Shown here: one piece after another, positions 58,747-64,000 of the stretch | Numbering within the stretch: the first letter of the stretch is position 1 | Layout of the letters: every line of letters starts with the position of its first letter | From: a bacterium | GTDB lineage: Bacteria > Patescibacteriota > Saccharimonadia > UBA4664 > JBBRNT01 | NCBI GenBank assembly: GCA_043767845.1 | Contig: JAYUFZ010000018.1 | Location: 3,312-67,311 of the forward strand | Length of the DNA: 64,000 nucleotides | Reading direction: 5' to 3' | The notes under the pieces: model-generated | What the model was told of the DNA's origin: nothing | What the model saw: the letters and a program-made list of their open reading frames with translations, nothing else | The model's database searches: none | Position numbers and translations under genes: made by a program

Positions 58747-59610
58747 ATGTTTGGATTCCACTACTTCCGCAAAGCCGGCCCCACCGACCACGTCGTTGTC
58801 TTCCGCCGTGGCCAAAAGCGCGCCGAGGGCCTCGGGCTGACCTTCTGGGCTGGCCCCAGGACTACGGCCGCCATCGTCCCCGTCAACATCCAAAGCATCC
58901 CGTTCCAGGTTACGGAAGTAACCAAGGACGACCAAGCGGTAGTGGTGTCCGGTGAGATCACCGGGATATTTAATCCCGAGGTAGCCTTACAGCTGTACGA
59001 TTTCACCATCGACACCGAGACCGCCAATTACCGCAGCGACGGTGTCGAGCGTGCCCAGGCAATGGTCCGCAACCGCGTGCCGGCCGCTGTGCGGCCGCTG
59101 CTGGCGGCTGTGGACTTGCAGGAGGTCATCAAGAACAAGGCGGCTATTCAGCAAGCCTTGGCCGCGGCCCTGATTGGCACGGCTGTGGATGATCTAGGCG
59201 TGAGAGTCACCGATGTCGCCATCCACACCATCACCCCGTCCAATGCCGAACTGGCCCGAGCCTTAGAGGCCGAAGAGCGCGAACGGATGCTCTCCAAAGC
59301 CGACATGGCTACCGCCGACCGGCGCATGAACATCGCCCAAAAAGACCGCGAAACCAGGCTGTACGAGGCTCAAACGGCCGAGCACCTAGAAGCCGAGCGG
59401 GCCAAGCTGGTCGACGCTCGGGTTGCCAACCAACAAAAGGAAGCCGAAGGTGAGGCAGAGGCCATCAAGGCTCGGCTCGGGGCATACGAAGGTGCCGACA
59501 CCCAAGTGCTCCTGGCCATGGCCTTCCAGCAGATGGCTGCCGGACACATCGGCGAACTCAACATCACGCCAGACCTTCTGACAGCACTGACTCGCGGGCG
59601 GGACAAGTGA
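58747..59610 (+). CDS. SPFH/Band 7 domain protein
   Basis: GL.F, T.D.Q.V.V.G, LGV.V.DV.I..I, coiled-coil AE repeats, IGELNITPDLL. Confidence 0.82.
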   Translation: MFGFHYFRKAGPTDHVVVFRRGQKRAEGLGLTFWAGPRTTAAIVPVNIQSIPFQVTEVTKDDQAVVVSGEITGIFNPEVALQLYDFTIDTETANYRSDGVERAQAMVRNRVPAAVRPLLAAVDLQEVIKNKAAIQQALAAALIGTAVDDLGVRVTDVAIHTITPSNAELARALEAEERERMLSKADMATADRRMNIAQKDRETRLYEAQTAEHLEAERAKLVDARVANQQKEAEGEAEAIKARLGAYEGADTQVLLAMAFQQMAAGHIGELNITPDLLTALTRGRDK

Positions 59611-60518
59611 GCGTCGACCGCTTGGTGCTCGTAACCAAGAAGACGGCGCTCGAGGAACTTCTCGAACGGCACTACTCCAGAGGCCAGGCTCAGTTTTTCC
59701 TGGCTTCGCGGGGGAGCGCTATCGAGCCCTACATCCGCACCCACGAGGTCTATCACAAGGCGCTGGACAAGCTGGTCACAACGCTGCCCAGGGACATTCC
59801 CCATGCAAGTGTTGAGCGCGACGAGCTGTACAACTTCCTTTTCCGGCCTACCGACTTAGTGGTGGCTATCGGCCCCGATGGACTGTTCGTCAACTTGGCC
59901 AAATACCTGCACGGCCAGCCAGTCATTGGGGTCAATCCCGACCCGACGACCATCAAGGGCGTAACCATGCGGCATAAGCCCTGCCAGGTCCCAGCTGCAA
60001 TTGTGGCAGTTGCATCCGGGCAAGCCGAGCTTGACTCGGTAACGCTGGCTGAGCTCACCACCAACGACGGGCGGCGTTTGACCGCCGTTAACGACTTCTT
60101 GATCGGCCGCTGCGACCAGGTATCGGCCCGCTATCGCCTGGGCCACGGGCTGGGGCAAGAGCACCAGTCATCGAGCGGCATCCTGGTCTCTACCGGGCTA
60201 GGGCAGTCAGGCTGGCTGAGCTCGATCATCAACATGGTCACCAGCTTTGGTGGACAGCCAGGTACGCTCGGAACATTGGCCTGGGGCGATCCAGCGCTAA
60301 CCTTCGTAGTACGCGAGCCGTTTGTATCAAGCGATACCCAGGCCGAGCTAGTACATGGGCTCATCCAGGCCAAGTTGCTGCTGACCGTGGAGTCTGAAAT
60401 GCCCGAAGGTGGCTACATTATCTCCGACGGCATGGTGGACGACGGCTTGCAGTTCAATGCCGGCACCACCATAACCATCAAACCAGCACTCGAGCAAGCC
60501 AAGCTGGTCAAGCCATGA
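59607..60518 (+). CDS. NAD-kinase-like protein
   Basis: VAIGPDGL, PVIGVN, AVND, SSGILVSTGLGQSGW; GTGA coupling with the SPFH gene. Confidence 0.78.
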   Translation: MSVDRLVLVTKKTALEELLERHYSRGQAQFFLASRGSAIEPYIRTHEVYHKALDKLVTTLPRDIPHASVERDELYNFLFRPTDLVVAIGPDGLFVNLAKYLHGQPVIGVNPDPTTIKGVTMRHKPCQVPAAIVAVASGQAELDSVTLAELTTNDGRRLTAVNDFLIGRCDQVSARYRLGHGLGQEHQSSSGILVSTGLGQSGWLSSIINMVTSFGGQPGTLGTLAWGDPALTFVVREPFVSSDTQAELVHGLIQAKLLLTVESEMPEGGYIISDGMVDDGLQFNAGTTITIKPALEQAKLVKP

Positions 60519-60528
60519 AGCACACCGC

Positions 60529-60573
60529 CCCTGCTAGTAACCCGAAAGGGAAATTAGCGGGGGACTTTTTATT
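60529..60573 (+). terminator. Intrinsic terminator
   Basis: CCCTGCTAG...TTAGCGGGG plus T-tract. Confidence 0.6.
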
Positions 60574-60726
60574 AGGTGCAGCCAGTCGGTTGGAGCCAAC
60601 AAACTTTCTCAATGGAAAGGGACGGTTTGTTGGTAGCGGTGGGGCTTAGTCTAGTCTTGTCCAGTGCGGCGGTTCCCAAAAAGTGAGAGGAGGGTTTTAT
60701 AAGGACCCTCCGGAACCTTTTGCTAC

Positions 60727-60969
60727 TCAGCAGCTGTCAGAGTGGGTGATACATCCGCCGACCGCCGTGTCGCAACCGCCGGGGCACATACGCCCAGCGG
60801 CAACCTCCCGGCTTATTTGCTGATCGTAATCCCAGCGTCGGCGGGCATCTTCGGCATCGTCACCGCGCATTGCCCGAGCGCTTTGCTCGAATCCCTGGGC
60901 TCGCAATCTTGCCGCTCGAGCGTGGCCTTCCAGCTCGGCTGCGCGGGCCATGTCTTCGTAGCTTGGCAT
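60727..60969 (-). CDS. Small hypothetical protein with C-terminal Cys cluster
   Basis: AAAGGAG RBS; upstream TTGACT-N17-TATCCT promoter (61086-61058); ends MCPGGCDTAVGGCITHSDSC. Confidence 0.6.
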   Translation of the reverse strand: MPSYEDMARAAELEGHARAARLRAQGFEQSARAMRGDDAEDARRRWDYDQQISREVAAGRMCPGGCDTAVGGCITHSDSC

Positions 60970-61185
60970 ATTTCTCCTTTTCGAGGTGCTCTGAGCTTAG
61001 CTGGCTATCCAGCTTGTCAGTCGGGGCTGTCCCTTGGCCTGGTTTTAGGTTGACAACAGGATAGCAACAATAAAGTAAAAAGTCAATAATATATTGACGA
61101 ATAAGAGAATCATAAGATAGAATAATATTAATTATAATGTCAAAATAGCATTGACAAAAATAATCATCAGCTGTATTATTGACAT

Positions 61186-61956
61186 ATGAATACTGATCTA
61201 CTCCAGCAAGTCGGCCTTACACCGAGCCAGGCAAAAGCCTATATTGCTTTAGTTAAAAATGGTGAGCTGACAGCCCCAGAGTTAGCACTCAAGATCGGTG
61301 AAGCGCGCACCAACTGCTATATGGTGCTTGATAAGCTTGTGGGCTTGGGCCTGGCGCAGAAAGCTACCACAACTAAAAAACTCACCTACTTCCCGACCAA
61401 TCCAACCAATCTGGAGCGGCTGATAGAAGAAAAGCGGCGGACTATTATGAGCACCGAGAAGCAGGTTCGTGACAGTATGCCCCAGCTACTCAGCTATTTT
61501 TATACCTATCAGCACCAGCCGGGAGTGCGTTTCTTCCAGGGCAAAGCTGGGATTGCCAAAATGTATGAGGATCAGCGCCGCACAGGCAAAGAGATCTTCT
61601 TCATCCGTTCTAATGCCGACTTCAATGTGCTGGGCAAGGATCTCTACGACCACGTCGAGGCGCGCGCCAAGCTGGGCATCAAATCCCACGGCATAGAGCC
61701 GGCCGAGCCGGATAACATAGAATTTGGACGCCAAAATGATGCTCGCCTGAAGCGCGACATGCTCTGGGCGCCACCGGAAGCCTTTGACGCGCCAGTAAAT
61801 ATCTACATCTATGGCAACAAGACGGCACTCATCTCCTATGGCGAGGAGGTCGTAGGTACGATTATCGAAAGTGCCCAGATTGCCGAAGGCATGAAGCAAC
61901 TCTTTGGGCTAGCGCGACGAGCGATTAGTGCCATGAACGACAACCCTGGCGCTTGA
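61186..61956 (+). CDS. TrmB family transcriptional regulator
   Basis: GLT..QAK.Y.AL, RT..Y..L..L...GL, VRFFQG..GI, I.IYGNK.ALIS; TTGACA-N17-TATTAT-N6-ATG. Confidence 0.85.
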   Translation: MNTDLLQQVGLTPSQAKAYIALVKNGELTAPELALKIGEARTNCYMVLDKLVGLGLAQKATTTKKLTYFPTNPTNLERLIEEKRRTIMSTEKQVRDSMPQLLSYFYTYQHQPGVRFFQGKAGIAKMYEDQRRTGKEIFFIRSNADFNVLGKDLYDHVEARAKLGIKSHGIEPAEPDNIEFGRQNDARLKRDMLWAPPEAFDAPVNIYIYGNKTALISYGEEVVGTIIESAQIAEGMKQLFGLARRAISAMNDNPGA

Positions 61957-61971
61957 TCGTCCGGCTAGCCT

Positions 61972-62706
61972 CTACTTGGTTTGAAATTCCTGCCCCAAAA
62001 ACGGCTCATCATTCAGTTCGAAAGTCGTCACGTCGCGGCAGAGCATAAAGTGCTCTTTGCTGAGGGCTTCATCGCCACGCGAGAGGATGAAGTCCGGGTT
62101 TTGGGAGGCGTGTGCCCGGATGGCCTGCTTTTTCTTGTCGAGGACAGAGCTGACGTCGAGGGTCAAATCAATATCGCTGGCCTTATAGCCTGCGGGCATA
62201 AAAACGAAACCGGTTTTCCGTGCCTCCGGTATGTAGGTGAGGGGTATACAAATATAGAGAAGGCGGGCCTTTTTTACTGACGGGAATAGCTCGTCCAAAT
62301 ATTGGTAAAAGTAGGTGGTAATCATACTCATCGCAATGTGGTCGAGGTGGCCGGATATGCCCTGCCGCTCGACGGTAATGAGCGTGAGGTCGATATCTTC
62401 GTCGCCAATGAACGAACTGGCGGCCTTTACAATGCCAGCCAGTACAGCCTTATATATAGAGTTACTCAAGCTGCCATCGGCAAATCCCAGAGAAAAATGC
62501 TTGGTCAGGCCAAGGGCCTTCGATGCATTATGGGCCTCAGTGACGCGCACTTTGGCAATCTCGGGGGTATCGCCACCCAGCTGGCCATCGGTAGCCGTAA
62601 TAACATAGGTATCTATGCCTTGCATTACGCTCAAGGCAAAAGCGCCGCCCGGCCCAAAGGATTCATCGTCGGGGTGGGCAAATATTCCAAGGGTAATCTT
62701 CTTCAT
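61972..62706 (-). CDS. PIG-L/LmbE family deacetylase
   Basis: FAHPDDE, TDG, GHLDH, K..AI.AHASQ. Confidence 0.88.
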   Translation of the reverse strand: MKKITLGIFAHPDDESFGPGGAFALSVMQGIDTYVITATDGQLGGDTPEIAKVRVTEAHNASKALGLTKHFSLGFADGSLSNSIYKAVLAGIVKAASSFIGDEDIDLTLITVERQGISGHLDHIAMSMITTYFYQYLDELFPSVKKARLLYICIPLTYIPEARKTGFVFMPAGYKASDIDLTLDVSSVLDKKKQAIRAHASQNPDFILSRGDEALSKEHFMLCRDVTTFELNDEPFLGQEFQTK

Positions 62707-62793
62707 GTAGCCAGTATACCCCAAAGGATCTTGGGATGACGGTAAGATACTTGCCATTGCAAAAGCGATGTTGATGGATGTGGGAATATTAAG

Positions 62794-63483
62794 CTAAGGA
62801 CGTTGCCTCGCTAGCAAGAACTGGGCAAAATCATTCATCTCCTGTCGATAGCGAACGAGCTGAGCTGCGTCTGGCGGATGCTCATTAATTAGTTCTGGGG
62901 GACTCTGTAACTTAAAAGCACCAAAAACTCCCATCTCGGCCATGTGCAGTGCAACGCTGGGGTCGCTTGGGTGCTCTTGGTAAAAGGCGTCAAGCAGCCC
63001 TGCCACTTCGTTCCTAAATGACTCGTTGGCTACTCGCCACTCAGCTTGCAGCTGCTGGCTGGTTTGCCAGCCTTCCGGTTCAGGAGCATATATTTGTACC
63101 CATGGGTAAGGATTCCCGTGGTCTAAATGACCTTCGCAGGACTGATTCGTTGGAATACCGAATGCGCGCAGGGCAACCACGGGCTCCTTGATGCCCTCGT
63201 CCAGCCGCTTTCCTAGGGCATCTTCGAGTGACTCAACCTGGGTGCGAGCGACGCGCTCGGCTTCAGGCATGCTGGAGTCAGCGGGAGCTCCTTCTCGATG
63301 ATCCCTTGTAGCCTCTGCCTGTGTCTCTACTGCTGGGCCGGTCGAGGTGGCGTCTAGTTCTTTGTCAGCAGAAGCAGAAGACCCCATCTCAGCCAGATAA
63401 GCACTACGAGCGGCCTCAAGACCAGCCACGTCTATTTGAGGGCTGATGTCGCTAGTGTCTTCAGTTCTTTCACTGTCGATCAT
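62794..63483 (-). CDS. Hypothetical protein
   Basis: 229 aa ORF; acidic low-complexity N-terminus then D.GI...V.AL...GIPT..SCEGH. Confidence 0.65.
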   Translation of the reverse strand: MIDSERTEDTSDISPQIDVAGLEAARSAYLAEMGSSASADKELDATSTGPAVETQAEATRDHREGAPADSSMPEAERVARTQVESLEDALGKRLDEGIKEPVVALRAFGIPTNQSCEGHLDHGNPYPWVQIYAPEPEGWQTSQQLQAEWRVANESFRNEVAGLLDAFYQEHPSDPSVALHMAEMGVFGAFKLQSPPELINEHPPDAAQLVRYRQEMNDFAQFLLARQRP

Positions 63484-63564
63484 TAAAGATATCCTTATCT
63501 AAGCATGTTGTGCCGCAGTGGTAACGCGGCGAAGAGACTCATTTTTAAGTAGGGGTAGTGAGCC

Positions 63565-63834
63565 CTATATCTTCCCGGTCCGCTCGCGGTGCGAGCAGCC
63601 CGCCCAGCAGCACGGTCGGCGCATACCACTATGCATTTTCGACATACCGACTTTGATGCGCTTCACTCGGGTTTCGGCCAGGGCGCCACTGATGACCCAG
63701 CAAATCCATTCATTGCGGGCCAGGGGAGTGATGTCTTCCCAGAGGGCTAAGACCTTGGGGTCGGACACAATGGCTTTTTGGAAGTCAGCTGGCATTTCGT
63801 GTACTACGCCGCCGGCAATCTCAACTGTTCTCAT
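63565..63834 (-). CDS. YdeI/OmpD-associated family protein
   Basis: P.DF..A, W..ITPLARNEWICWV.S....TR.KRI, RPCCW.GC. Confidence 0.82.
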   Translation of the reverse strand: MRTVEIAGGVVHEMPADFQKAIVSDPKVLALWEDITPLARNEWICWVISGALAETRVKRIKVGMSKMHSGMRRPCCWAGCSHRERTGKI

Positions 63835-64000
63835 AGGCTTATTATACCAGGTTTGGGTGCTTTAATCTAGATCAATAAGTGTTGACATATATGTAATAAA
63901 GTTATATTCTAACCAAATTGAGGAACTCCCTCAAGCACAAAGACCGAAAGCTGGTTGATGATGAGTTCTGTCGATTTGCTCCAAAGAATGGACGTCAGCA

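Noticed and set aside
63880-64000. Promoter-like TTGACA and a GAGGAACTCCCTC hairpin at the window end (possible ncRNA or CDS start)
   Set aside because: Truncated by the window edge and no family recognisable
1-64000. CRISPR arrays, rRNA genes, transposases, integrases, reverse transcriptases
   Set aside because: No regularly spaced repeats or diagnostic motifs seen in the sequence or the ORF track

Overview
Chromosomal origin region of a bacterium that is very probably Patescibacteria/CPR, possibly Saccharimonadia. This is inferred from the T4SS-pilin array with PrgI-VirB4 locus, the compact gene packing and the many leaderless genes; TGA is used as a stop. From left to right: (i) an Ig-repeat C39 peptidase, comF and hsp20. 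(ii) An ~18.5 kb type IV secretion-like locus: five tandem pilins divergent from two VirB6-like paralogues, PrgI, VirB4, two multi-domain peptidoglycan hydrolases and a propeller protein, with no relaxase, coupling protein or integrase in the window. (iii) The dciA-recF-dnaN-oriC-dnaA / rpmH-rnpA-yidC-jag-mnmE core. (iv) A ~17 kb surface-glycan cluster including a double O-antigen-ligase fusion. (v) A VanW-family gene, a peptidase S51 gene, lexA and cfa. (vi) tRNA-Asn followed by an accessory tract in which degenerate copies of the tRNA 3' end punctuate gene cassettes, then a Cu ATPase, ArsR-YciI, an SPFH + NAD-kinase-like pair and TrmB. The best candidates for something undescribed are the tRNA-Asn-anchored cassette array and two diverged, covarying ~125 nt structured elements flanking one perfect palindrome between hsp20 and the last pilin. 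All protein calls come from motif recognition by eye; no database searches were run.
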